Shown piece after piece: positions 1 to 9,757 of a stretch of 64,000 bases of DNA (its first letter is position 1; each line of letters starts with the position of its first letter). The stretch is from an uncultured Chlamydiales bacterium. Lineage in GTDB: Bacteria; Chlamydiota; Chlamydiia; Chlamydiales; Rhabdochlamydiaceae. Both the position numbers and the translations under genes were made by a program. The notes below the pieces were generated by a model. The model did not search any database. It was not told the origin of the DNA and saw only the letters and a list, made by a program, of their open reading frames with translations. The stretch covers positions 928,001 through 992,000 of the forward strand of contig OY969554.1 in assembly GCA_963700985.1 (NCBI GenBank), in the 5' to 3' direction.

Positions 1-2
1 CA

Positions 3-3000
3 TCTACCGGCAGCCAAATTCGCGCTCCGAGTTTGTCCATAAGCTCCGGCAGTTTGATCAATTCCAATTCTGGAGTGATTACCGACAGCAGTTTCGGCAG
101 CGTAATTCTTTTAGCTAGCACGCTTTCCATCACAGGCGGTGAGGTCACAAACCTCGATACTGGTTCCGGTTCGGCAGATGCGACAAGTGCAGGAAGTTTC
201 ATCTCTGCTCCAACAATCAGTGTAGGATCGCCAAGTGGAACACTGCTCAATAATGACAAGGTTCAAGCCACTACGATAACTGTAAATAGCGGGGGCACAT
301 TATCTGGAATAGGCACCTATACTGCTTCTGGCAGCGTTAACAACGGTGGAACCGTGTCACCCTTCGATGGCACTTCGCCTGGGGTAATGACGATTGATGG
401 ATCTTATACCCAAACAGGCACTCTTCTCATCGATCTTTTAAGCACCTCCACCTTCTCACAGTTAAATATGACTGGGAACGGCACTACCACACTAGGCGGC
501 ATTCTAGATGTTGATTTTTTAGCTGGAAACACCGTGCAAAGCGGAGATTCTTTCACAATTGTGCAAGCTGGTCCGTCAAATACACTTGCGGGCACATTCT
601 CCAACACCGTTTACAACAACCTTCCATCATTCTTGTCCCCGCATATTAATTACATTGAAGGTCTAAACGGAAATGTCAGCCTGCTTTTTACAAGTTGTGC
701 CGGCAGCGCGACATGGGCAGGATTGGGAACACCGAACGACATATGGTCAGATACATTAAATTGGAATCCTAACTGTGTGCCTGATGGCACAACGGACACG
801 GCCGCTTTTGCAGGCAGTAGTCCATTAACAATTACTCAGGATGTCGGTGCCATCACCTTAGAAGAAATTAGCTTTACTAACGGCGATTATACTATAAACG
901 GCTCATCTGCCAACTCGATTACGTTTTCAAATAATCCCTCGCTCTTAACGATCGTGCCCCCAACTACGACATCCTCTCTGACGGAAACAATCAATGTTCC
1001 CGTAATTATAGACTCGCTTTCAACGTCGATTAATATCAATTCGGGCGCAGGTCAGACCGGCACCTTAACGTTTGGAAACGATGTAACGATCAACGATGGT
1101 TCTGCACCTGGCGCCACGCTGACTGTTACCAATCAAGGCAATCCGAATGTAGTCAATTTTTCAGGTACAACTCTGACCATCAATCAAGGCTTCCTATCTA
1201 GCACAAACACCTTTTCATATAGCGCTGTGACAGGTAGCACAGTGAATGTCACTCCTAGCGTAAGCATAGGAACAAACAGCAGTTTAGAAAACATAAATTT
1301 AAATTCAGCGGCTATCTCATCCGGAGGCATCGGAACGCGGCTTTTTTTTGATAGTCCTTTAACGATTAGTGGTGGGGATGTCACAAACAGCAATGCGGGT
1401 GCGATTAGCACTGCAGCTTTTGGCAGTCAGCTTCAAGCTTCGAGTTTGAGCATAAGTTCTGGAACTTTGACCAATTCAAATTCAGGAGCAGTCACCGATA
1501 TTAACAGTATCGGCAGCGAAGTTCTTTTAGGAAGCACGCTTTCCATCACAGGAGGTCAGGTAAATAACTTCGATACTGGTTCTGTTGATACTACGACCAG
1601 CATAGGAAGTTTAATCATCGCTCCGACGATTGATATAGGATCTCCAAGTGGAACACTTCTCAACAATGATACAGTTCAAAGCACTACGATAAACGTAAAT
1701 AGTGGAGGCACGCTATCTGGAACAGGCACGTATGCAGTTTCTGACGCCGTTAACAACGGCGGAACCGTGTTTCCTTTCGATGGCACCTCACCTGGAATCA
1801 TGACGATCAGTGGGTCTTACACCCAGACAGGCACGCTTCAAGTCGATCTTTTAAACACCTCCACTTTCTCGCAATTAAATCTGATGGGAACTGGCGCGAC
1901 TACTTTAGGTGGAACCTTAGACATTGATTTCTTAGCTGGAAATACTGTGCAGGCTGGAGAGGCATTTTCGGTTGTGCAAACGGGTTCTACAAACGACCTA
2001 TCTGGAACATTCGGCACGCTGCTTTTTGAGAACCTCCCTCCGAGTTTAGTGCCGCACGTTCAGTATATCCATGGGCTCAATGGCGAGGTCCTTCTAAGCT
2101 TTACAACAACGATGGCAGGGCCAACTCTCCCTCCAAGCTATGCTGGCGGGTATCTCGAAACGCTTTTGTCGAATATCAACCATATCAATTCGCACATCGG
2201 ACTGCGTTGTGAAGAGCTCCGCAGGCACTTGGCTTCACATAAAAAAGCTGCCCCCGAGCCACTCTCCCCTCCACAAAAAAAAATTGCAACTTGGGATTGG
2301 CACCGCTGGTTTTCAGCAGCTAAGCCAGAATCTTTTTCAATCCAACACACAACTTCGAAGGCAGACAACACCCTCGCAATGCTGCCACAGAAAAAAGAAA
2401 AAGTAGAACAACTTCGGCGCGAAGTTCCAAAAGAGCCAAAAGAGTGGCCTGGAAACTTTTATTTTGGAGCAACTGGTAGAGAGGGCGATCTGCATACACG
2501 AGACGATCAGCCCGGCCTAAGTTACTGGTCGGCAGGTGCGCTAGCTGGCTTTGATTACGCCTTTTCGCAAGCAGGCTTAGGCTTCATCGCCAACTATGAA
2601 AGGCTTGATGCCCATGCACACCAACATTGGGGAAAAATCACCAGTGACGAACTGCACGCAAGCCTCTACTCCACATACTCCCCCGCACGCGTACCTGAGC
2701 TCGCATTAAACGGCATTGTAGGAGGAGGCTATGAGTGGTATCACATCGACCGCAATACCGGCACACCCGCCGATAAACATGTCGCCACAGGAAAACCTCA
2801 TGCCATCGCCTTAGACGCGCTCTTTGGTATCGAATATGCTCTTGTAAAACGACGCAACAAGATACCAACTGGGTTTGAACTCGTCCCAATGGCTTCGGTT
2901 CAATACGTCTATCTGCGCGCAGATGGCTATAAAGAGCACCATGCAGGCATATTTGATATGCGTGTAGAGCACCAAAAAATCAAATCACTGCGTTCGGGTT

Positions 3001-3302
3001 TAGGATTACGCCTGAACCACACTTGTGAAGGAAAAAACGTCACTTTCGTGCCAGAGATCTACGGCGAGTGGCAAAGAGAATTCCTGAACAAACACCGTCA
3101 TATTCGTTTCACACCTGTCGAATTTGATGTATCAAGCGAGACACTTGTAATGCCTGGCTCAGGCCGCAACATTGCGCTGGCTGGTGTCGATCTGCTACTT
3201 ACCTTTTACAAGCGCTTTGGCATCGAGGGAAGTTATGAGTTCGAATATAATAGCCTCTACCATGACCACTTCGCCTATTTCGGTTTAAACGTGAGATTTT
3301 GA
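3..3302 (+). CDS. Autotransporter (type Va, Pmp-like), 5'-truncated by the window edge
   Basis: Frame is open from base 3 (STGSQIRAPSL...). Ser/Thr/Gly/Asn-rich beta-helix-like passenger, GTLSGxGT...GTVxP...TQTGTL junction motif, C-terminal beta-barrel ending in YFGLNVRF. Confidence 0.9.
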   Translation, partial: STGSQIRAPSLSISSGSLINSNSGVITDSSFGSVILLASTLSITGGEVTNLDTGSGSADATSAGSFISAPTISVGSPSGTLLNNDKVQATTITVNSGGTLSGIGTYTASGSVNNGGTVSPFDGTSPGVMTIDGSYTQTGTLLIDLLSTSTFSQLNMTGNGTTTLGGILDVDFLAGNTVQSGDSFTIVQAGPSNTLAGTFSNTVYNNLPSFLSPHINYIEGLNGNVSLLFTSCAGSATWAGLGTPNDIWSDTLNWNPNCVPDGTTDTAAFAGSSPLTITQDVGAITLEEISFTNGDYTINGSSANSITFSNNPSLLTIVPPTTTSSLTETINVPVIIDSLSTSININSGAGQTGTLTFGNDVTINDGSAPGATLTVTNQGNPNVVNFSGTTLTINQGFLSSTNTFSYSAVTGSTVNVTPSVSIGTNSSLENINLNSAAISSGGIGTRLFFDSPLTISGGDVTNSNAGAISTAAFGSQLQASSLSISSGTLTNSNSGAVTDINSIGSEVLLGSTLSITGGQVNNFDTGSVDTTTSIGSLIIAPTIDIGSPSGTLLNNDTVQSTTINVNSGGTLSGTGTYAVSDAVNNGGTVFPFDGTSPGIMTISGSYTQTGTLQVDLLNTSTFSQLNLMGTGATTLGGTLDIDFLAGNTVQAGEAFSVVQTGSTNDLSGTFGTLLFENLPPSLVPHVQYIHGLNGEVLLSFTTTMAGPTLPPSYAGGYLETLLSNINHINSHIGLRCEELRRHLASHKKAAPEPLSPPQKKIATWDWHRWFSAAKPESFSIQHTTSKADNTLAMLPQKKEKVEQLRREVPKEPKEWPGNFYFGATGREGDLHTRDDQPGLSYWSAGALAGFDYAFSQAGLGFIANYERLDAHAHQHWGKITSDELHASLYSTYSPARVPELALNGIVGGGYEWYHIDRNTGTPADKHVATGKPHAIALDALFGIEYALVKRRNKIPTGFELVPMASVQYVYLRADGYKEHHAGIFDMRVEHQKIKSLRSGLGLRLNHTCEGKNVTFVPEIYGEWQREFLNKHRHIRFTPVEFDVSSETLVMPGSGRNIALAGVDLLLTFYKRFGIEGSYEFEYNSLYHDHFAYFGLNVRF
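33..2105 (+). repeat. Internal direct repeat in the autotransporter, period 1413 bp (471 codons)
   Basis: 33-~690 aligns with 1446-~2105 at a constant offset (LSISSGSLINSNSG/LSISSGTLTNSNSG ... GNVSLLFT/GEVLLSFT). Confidence 0.9.
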
Positions 3303-3322
3303 CCTTTCAGAGGATGTATAAA

Positions 3323-3350
3323 CTAGGCAAGCTTTTGCCTGGGCTTATTT
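3323..3350 (+). terminator. Putative intrinsic terminator after the autotransporter
   Basis: CTAGGCAA-gctt-TTGCCTGG hairpin followed by a T-rich tract. Confidence 0.45.
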
Positions 3351-3409
3351 TCCAGATCTACTTTAATATCTATTTTCAATGTTCAAGCTTGCACTAGGAG
3401 AAATGACAT

Positions 3410-4162
3410 ATGGCGCAGAAAAGACTTCAAAATAAAGTAGCTCTTATTACCGGAGGCTCCCGAGGAATAGGTGCAGCTATTGCAAAGCAATTTGCCAAGG
3501 AAGGCTGTCATGTTGCAATCAGCTTTGCTAAGTCTAAAGATAAAGCCATCGCTTTAGTCAAGGAACTCGAGAAAGAAGGAGTCAAGGCTCTCGCGCTGCA
3601 AGCAGATCAAAGCAATCCATCACAAGTGAGAACGCTTGTCCAAAAAGTGGGTGAGCATTTTGGAAGAATTGACATTCTAGTCAATAATGCAGGCATTTAC
3701 TCCGGAGGCTCCATCGATGACCCTCAGCTTGACGTTGATGGAATCACAAGACAACTTGCAGTGAATGTAATAGGGGTTTTCACAGCAACACACGCTGCAG
3801 TTGCATTTATGAAAGAAAATGGACGCATTATCATCATAGGCTCCATCAATGGAGAGCGCATGACCATTTCTGGAGGAGCTGATTATGCAGCTACAAAAGC
3901 CGCTCTTGTTGGATATACACATGGTTGGGCAAGAGACCTTGGCCCCAAAAATATCACGGTGAATCTCGTGCAGCCCGGCCCTATCGATACAGACATGAAT
4001 CCCGACAACACAGAATTTGCTGAGCTGATGAAAAAAAACGTGGCTTTGGGACGTTATGGCAAGCCAGAAGAGATCGCCTCTGCAGTTACCTTTTTGGCGA
4101 GCCAAGAAGCTTCATACATCACAGGTGCTACACTTACTGTCGATGGCGGTTTTTTAGCCTGA
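3410..4162 (+). CDS. SDR family NAD(P)-dependent oxidoreductase
   Basis: TGGSRGIG, NNAG, YAATK and PGPIDT motifs; AGGAG RBS. Confidence 0.95.
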   Translation: MAQKRLQNKVALITGGSRGIGAAIAKQFAKEGCHVAISFAKSKDKAIALVKELEKEGVKALALQADQSNPSQVRTLVQKVGEHFGRIDILVNNAGIYSGGSIDDPQLDVDGITRQLAVNVIGVFTATHAAVAFMKENGRIIIIGSINGERMTISGGADYAATKAALVGYTHGWARDLGPKNITVNLVQPGPIDTDMNPDNTEFAELMKKNVALGRYGKPEEIASAVTFLASQEASYITGATLTVDGGFLA

Positions 4163-4321
4163 CGCTTTAGTTCTTCTTTAGTGAATTATGGCTTATTAAC
4201 CTATTTTTAGCAGCCCATGCCACTACGGGTCTTTGGGTTTGAATTTAAACTTAAACTTTAGCATCTTTTCTCATCTATAAAGCACACGATTAGCGTATGA
4301 CTTGAACCCTGTGAGAAACAA

Positions 4322-5491
4322 ATGGCAGCCATATCTTCAATATCCAGATTTCGTGAAACGCCTCAAGCTGAGAGCAGAGAGAATTGGAAATCCATAGCAA
4401 CATATCATGCTCAGACAACCTTCCAGGAAAAAATTTGTCGAGTAGGGAATATAGCCATATTAGGCCCAGCCTTGTATGGCGTCTATTCATGTTTGACTGG
4501 GCCCATGGGAGCCATAGCTTATGTAGGAATTGCGCTAGCTGCCCGAAAGGTTGCCTCAACGGTAATTGGATATTGCGTCTACCCCGCTGCTCTCACCTCA
4601 ATGCAATGTGGCGAGAAAAGATCTCTGCAAAAGATGGGTCAACAGCAAATCCAAGCCCTGAGAGATGAAGGCTTTTTTTGTAAAAAAATCACCTTGTATA
4701 AATCAGGAACAAAATATTCCGCAGTCCTTGCCGGTCATTCTTCAACGATTAATAACGGTAAGTGGACGGTTCAAGCTCTAGGCAATATGATGACTATGGA
4801 GCCGCGGATTAAATTCTATGCAAAAAGAAATGCCGAAAATAGAGAGAGCAATACACTGCTGATAAATGGTCCCTCGGTTAGCGCAAGTGGAGGATGGCCG
4901 ACTCGCTACCAAATGGGAGCCGGATTTGAGGCAGGTATTCAATTCCTAGAAAAAAAAGTTCGCGCGACCCACATTGCAATGCGCGGCATTTCTTTGGGTG
5001 GGGGCATGATGGCTGAGGCCATTTTAAACCACGATTTTTCAACAGGACAAACAAAGAAAATTCGCTACTTGTCAATCTCTCACTGCACATTCAGCCGACT
5101 CTCTACGATTGTTGAAAGCATTGTGGGCCCAATCGCTGCTCCGATTTTTTATATAACCGACACCGAACTCGATGGAATTGGGGCAGCAAAAAAACTCAGT
5201 CAGTTAAATATTCGCCAGATCATTATTCAAGGTATTCAGGGCAGCGACGACGTAATCCCCGACAGCGTTTCTTTAGCGCATGCATTGCACCAAAAAAGGC
5301 GCCTTCCCCATAAAGTCTTTCTTGAATCCGCTAACATCTCGCATGATGAAGAACTGCCCAGGGATATTAAAACTGCTCTTAATCGTGAAATATGTAACTT
5401 TTTTGACGAGACAAGCTCCCCCAAATCTTACTTAAGTCAGTCCACGTCTCGCATAATGAGCGCCATCAAATGGCTATTGCGAATGCGTTAG
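4322..5491 (+). CDS. Chlamydial CHLPS-43kDa-like (CPn0927/0928-type) alpha/beta hydrolase
   Basis: N-terminal hydrophobic segment, GISLGG nucleophile elbow, DDVI and SHD candidate triad residues. Confidence 0.7.
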   Translation: MAAISSISRFRETPQAESRENWKSIATYHAQTTFQEKICRVGNIAILGPALYGVYSCLTGPMGAIAYVGIALAARKVASTVIGYCVYPAALTSMQCGEKRSLQKMGQQQIQALRDEGFFCKKITLYKSGTKYSAVLAGHSSTINNGKWTVQALGNMMTMEPRIKFYAKRNAENRESNTLLINGPSVSASGGWPTRYQMGAGFEAGIQFLEKKVRATHIAMRGISLGGGMMAEAILNHDFSTGQTKKIRYLSISHCTFSRLSTIVESIVGPIAAPIFYITDTELDGIGAAKKLSQLNIRQIIIQGIQGSDDVIPDSVSLAHALHQKRRLPHKVFLESANISHDEELPRDIKTALNREICNFFDETSSPKSYLSQSTSRIMSAIKWLLRMR

Positions 5492-5530
5492 ACGTCTTCT
5501 CCATGGAAATAGCGAATTATCAATTGGCAG

Positions 5531-7081
5531 TTATTCTTCGACTTCAAGCTCTTCGGGTGCTTCTATTGCGGGAGCTTCTAGGCGGAAAAGGTTGTGACGC
5601 CAGAAAGCAGGAAGAATAGGATCTTTACTTGGCTGCTTTAACATGGGGTTGGAAAGAATGATCGCGCCCCACGTTGTCTCGCCATCGCCGAAGTCGACCT
5701 TGACATTGAGAACGGGCTTTTTAGGTGAGTTTTTGAACTGCATTTCAATGCCTTGTTCATCTCTGTATTCTGGGAATTTTCTGTGCGCGGCTCGCGCTTC
5801 GCGAATACGATTCCAAATTTCTTCAGTCTGAGTTGGTCGGCGTGTCCTACCTATGTCGTTATTATTGATCGCGCCACCCGAGAGAAGGACGTGAGCGTGA
5901 TCATATACGCTATGATATTTTAAGGTTTTTTCGTTCAGTCTGGCAAAAAGTTCAACTGAAAGCTGCATGAGGGCTTTCATCACAGGACGATCACCATTGA
6001 ATACTCGATCGTTGTCATCTGCGCCATGCCGCACCGTAAAATAAGGAGTGCTAATGTCCAAAGCGCTCCTTCGAAGAATAACGCCAGTAGGGACAGGCCA
6101 ACAATCTTCTGTAAGTTCAAGACCACCATTTGTGGGAGCCCAGTTGTAATTGATCGAAAGATCTCCGAGCCAGTTGGTGCCATCTTCGGAAAGTACAAAG
6201 ACTGTTTTCCCAGTCAAAACCTGAACCGAATTTTCATAAGAAGTTGGAAAGGCATAAATGCCTACGTCTCTTTCGGTTGGACGGTTGTGCTCAGCACAAC
6301 GCGACATGCGAAAGTCACTAATACGCACGCCACATGTTGAATTTGGGGTGTTATTAAATTTGCCTTGATTAAGGTTAACCAAAAGCGCATTCATCTCAGT
6401 TATGTTGCTATTGAGTTGATTATGTTGAGCAAGACCAGGCGTGCTAAAAATGAGGCTAAGAAGCCATTGCACAAACTTGCAGACGTAGTAAGCAAGACAT
6501 GAAAGCGCCTCTATGTCTTGATTAAGAGCATCCACGTCCATTTTCAACGCGTCTCGCATGCTTAGGGTTTCTTGCGCAAAGTTACTCGCCCGAAAGCAGA
6601 TATTTCTGAATTCAATCAGATTCGTCGGAGCATCTTGCTGCAAAAACTCTTTGATTTGAGCGATACGTCGGTTACTGATTTGTACCAAATGATCCCCGAC
6701 CTGGTTGTGGGTGAATCCCAAGTAGTAGGCGAGGCTATCCCAAAAGCCCTGAGGCTGTCTTGAAACAATGCTGACTCGGCCTTCATCTAAGACTAGAACC
6801 TTCTGAGCAACGAGCACCTTCGGAAGATATTGCATACTTTTCAGATCGCGGTATTCACGCACGCAGTTAAAAGATGCGTCTTCCTTTTCTGTAGGCGTGA
6901 GTTCACCCATGTTAAGAAGAAACCAAGGCGTCAATGTACGTTCAACAATCTGCCAGGCACGTATTCTAAGATCTTTGCATACGCTTGCAGCATTCCCGCG
7001 ATCTTTGAACGTTAAGAAACTCAAGATAGTGCCTTGTAAAGCTTGGGGCGCACCAGCGAAATTGAAACTAACTGTTGCCAT
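5531..7081 (-). CDS. F-box-like domain protein, candidate secreted effector
   Basis: ATG at 7081 with an AGGA RBS; N-terminus PQALQGTILSFLTFKDRGNAASVCKDLR fits the F-box consensus. Confidence 0.65.
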   Translation of the reverse strand: MATVSFNFAGAPQALQGTILSFLTFKDRGNAASVCKDLRIRAWQIVERTLTPWFLLNMGELTPTEKEDASFNCVREYRDLKSMQYLPKVLVAQKVLVLDEGRVSIVSRQPQGFWDSLAYYLGFTHNQVGDHLVQISNRRIAQIKEFLQQDAPTNLIEFRNICFRASNFAQETLSMRDALKMDVDALNQDIEALSCLAYYVCKFVQWLLSLIFSTPGLAQHNQLNSNITEMNALLVNLNQGKFNNTPNSTCGVRISDFRMSRCAEHNRPTERDVGIYAFPTSYENSVQVLTGKTVFVLSEDGTNWLGDLSINYNWAPTNGGLELTEDCWPVPTGVILRRSALDISTPYFTVRHGADDNDRVFNGDRPVMKALMQLSVELFARLNEKTLKYHSVYDHAHVLLSGGAINNNDIGRTRRPTQTEEIWNRIREARAAHRKFPEYRDEQGIEMQFKNSPKKPVLNVKVDFGDGETTWGAIILSNPMLKQPSKDPILPAFWRHNLFRLEAPAIEAPEELEVEE

Positions 7082-7304
7082 AAATCCTATAATGTTAATG
7101 CCAATTATTTTAACAAATAATTTATTAAACATAAATAATAACATTTTATTTAAAAAATAGAATTAAAATTATTTATAGTGCAGCTTGAGATTTAGAAGAA
7201 GGGCATTTTCCTGAGGGTATCTACAAACTAACGCTTAGAAATTTTGCATGGGACAATTTCTCTATTCCTGATATTTATTTCTAAAACGCACCAAAAGTTG
7301 CACT

Positions 7305-8513
7305 GTGAAATTTAAGACGCTGCTTTCTCTTTACGTTGTGGTATTCGCATCCACTTTTGGATTTGCCTCCATGGTCATTATCTTTACACCCATGATTATG
7401 CAACCTCATTGGGATGTCATCGACCCAGCAGCTTCCCTCTCATTTAGAGTAATCATCCTGGGATTTCTGCTTGGGCTTTATCCACTAGGCCAGTTTTTTG
7501 GAGCCCCTTTTCTTATTCATTTTTCCGATAAGCATGGAAGAAAACGGGCGTTTTTAATCTCCCTTCTTATCACAGCTTTCGCCTACGTCGGCATCTCTTT
7601 ATGCCTTTATTTCAATCTCTTGATGCCTCTTTTTGGTTTCGTGCTTTTAGCTGGCCTTTCAGAATCAAATCTAGCTATTGCAGAGTGTGCTATTTCAGAT
7701 TTTGCCCTACCCCATCACCATCGTCTTCTGCTTACTTACATTCACGTCGCTTGGAGCGCAGCTTTCCTTTGTGCAGCCATCATGGCCGTAATTTTTTTCA
7801 ACGACACGATTGAACTCTTGCCACACCTCGCCACCCCCTTTGCGTTCATCGCAGGCTTATTGCTTGCCAGCTGCATCTGGATCTTGGCTTTCTTTAAAGA
7901 GACGAAGGAAAAAGCAACCACAACTTATATTCGTGCAGAGAAAGCTTTCTCCAAATTCCTTAGCGCATTTAGTGAGAAAAAGATGCGAACGTTCTATGGG
8001 ATTAATTTCTTCTTTTATCTCGCTATCTTTGGCTTCTTTCGCGCCTTTCCGATGCACCTCGTCCATCATTTTAATCTTTCCATAGCGGACCTAGCTACAT
8101 TCAGCATCTGGATTTCCATTCCCATCATCTTTACCGATTTCTGGTTTACCGGTTGGGCACAAAAGAGATTTACGACCAAAAGCCTTCTGATATTCGGCGG
8201 CCTACTCACCAGCCTCTCTATGTTTTTAATCGCCCTTCCGATTGCACATGGACCGCTTCTTTGGATTGCCCTCTTTTTAACTGCCTACGGAATCGGTTGC
8301 TGCATGCCTCTTTGCCCCTTCTACATCTCCCACAAAGCACCAAGCCAACTCTACGGAGAAGTTTTAGCCCATGATGAAACGCTGCGTACCGGCGCAGAAG
8401 CCTTTGCAACCCTCACCGTCGGCCTTCTCGCCGCAGTTTTCATCCCCTTTCCCCTGATTGTCTTTGCCATCGCCGCCTTCATCGGCACACTTCTTATCGC
8501 CCTAAAAAAATAA
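7305..8513 (+). CDS. MFS transporter (TetA/DHA1-like)
   Basis: About 12 hydrophobic helices; motif A variant FSDKHGRK. Confidence 0.9.
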   Translation: MKFKTLLSLYVVVFASTFGFASMVIIFTPMIMQPHWDVIDPAASLSFRVIILGFLLGLYPLGQFFGAPFLIHFSDKHGRKRAFLISLLITAFAYVGISLCLYFNLLMPLFGFVLLAGLSESNLAIAECAISDFALPHHHRLLLTYIHVAWSAAFLCAAIMAVIFFNDTIELLPHLATPFAFIAGLLLASCIWILAFFKETKEKATTTYIRAEKAFSKFLSAFSEKKMRTFYGINFFFYLAIFGFFRAFPMHLVHHFNLSIADLATFSIWISIPIIFTDFWFTGWAQKRFTTKSLLIFGGLLTSLSMFLIALPIAHGPLLWIALFLTAYGIGCCMPLCPFYISHKAPSQLYGEVLAHDETLRTGAEAFATLTVGLLAAVFIPFPLIVFAIAAFIGTLLIALKK

Positions 8514-8584
8514 GCTGCGCTGTTCTAAGGATATACTCTAGTCAACGCCTTTAACTTGTAACCCTCAGCTCTGCATTCGATGTG

Positions 8585-8609
8585 AACTGTTTCCATTTTG
8601 GAAACAGTT
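8585..8609. terminator. Perfect 11-bp inverted repeat between convergent genes
   Basis: AACTGTTTCCA-ttt-TGGAAACAGTT. Confidence 0.55.
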
Positions 8610-8614
8610 GCTTT

Positions 8615-9016
8615 TCACTTGGATGGATGCCACATATAGGGAAATGCTAACATGCGATACTCTCTGAGATCGGAAACTTTCCCATTCTTCAATTTCGCAA
8701 TCGTAATTCCTTCAAACACTTCTCTGATTTTTTTGCCTTTATATGCAAAAACCCATTCACAAATGACCATGTCACCACAAGTATAAAAGGATTTAATCTC
8801 CCATTTTTCTACAACGTTTCCCTGCTTATGCCAATCCGCTATCCACTTTTTGATAATCTCCTTGCCACGATAAGTCGGCCCATGGGATTCAATTACAATG
8901 CAATCCTCATTAAAAACATCGAGGATTTCAGCCTCGCTTCCCTTCTTCCATCCATCTATGTATCTTTGCATCAAAGCTCTTTCGTTCATCAAAACATCTC
9001 CAGTTTTAGGAATCAT
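8615..9016 (-). CDS. SnoaL/NTF2-like protein
   Basis: YIDGWKK...DVFNED...GPTYRG...EW...GKVSDLREY pattern. Confidence 0.8.
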   Translation of the reverse strand: MIPKTGDVLMNERALMQRYIDGWKKGSEAEILDVFNEDCIVIESHGPTYRGKEIIKKWIADWHKQGNVVEKWEIKSFYTCGDMVICEWVFAYKGKKIREVFEGITIAKLKNGKVSDLREYRMLAFPYMWHPSK

Positions 9017-9065
9017 ACAAAGAAAAAAGAAATGGCATGACCTTCAAAAAGTTGAAAGCTAATGA

Positions 9066-9398
9066 TCAGCGCTTTGATCGTGCCGCAAAAGCAAAGTAGT
9101 AGAAGTATCTATCGAGATCTTCAAGAGACGTTCCATACTCACTGCTTCCTAATACAGCAGCACAGAAAAGTTCCCGAGCACGTGTTAACTCTTGTAACCG
9201 TTTTCTCCACCTGGGATCACCAATGGTCAAGTCAAACAATTCCAGAGCACGTGAAACCGCACTATTAAAACGCTTTTCGTCTCCTCTTGCGCGGATTGTA
9301 CGACTCACTTCGCTGCCGATATTGCCCAGCTGTTCAGCAAGGGTAAATTCAAACCATCTTCCTGTGGATAGCGATTGATGCTGAAATTCTGCCTTCAT
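9066..9398 (-). CDS. Conserved helical hypothetical protein (GRWFEFTLAEQLGNIGSEVSR type)
   Basis: ATG at 9398, 10 bp after the upstream stop; about 110 aa, helical pattern. Confidence 0.75.
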   Translation of the reverse strand: MKAEFQHQSLSTGRWFEFTLAEQLGNIGSEVSRTIRARGDEKRFNSAVSRALELFDLTIGDPRWRKRLQELTRARELFCAAVLGSSEYGTSLEDLDRYFYYFAFAARSKR

Positions 9399-9408
9399 CA
9401 CGTTAGAT

Positions 9409-9663
9409 TTACTTAACTTGCGCAAGATAGTCGAGAATTCGCTGTTTCTCCACAGGATTAAAATCATCCCCATAGAATTTTAAGAATATTTCCTGTCGAA
9501 GCGCCACCGGTGAAATATCGGGATTCTCACGCAATATGGCACACTTGACCAGATATCTTGAAGTATCGTTCATGGAACACCCCATCCTAAACCGTTCCTC
9601 AGGTGTCTTCATTCGAATCATTTCACACATCTTTTTCGTAATTTCTGGGCTTGTGTCATTCAT
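9409..9663 (-). CDS. Small protein resembling DTSPE-type (Rv0078B/MenA1-like) antitoxins
   Basis: DTSPE...TPEERFRM...RENPDIS...FYG pattern; AAGG RBS. Confidence 0.55.
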   Translation of the reverse strand: MNDTSPEITKKMCEMIRMKTPEERFRMGCSMNDTSRYLVKCAILRENPDISPVALRQEIFLKFYGDDFNPVEKQRILDYLAQVK

Positions 9664-9757
9664 AGATTTTTACCTTATGGATGATTTGGATCAACTGCTG
9701 TTCTTGAGATTAATTATTCAGCTATCCTCTTAGACAGCATTAAAGCTCCAGAATTCT

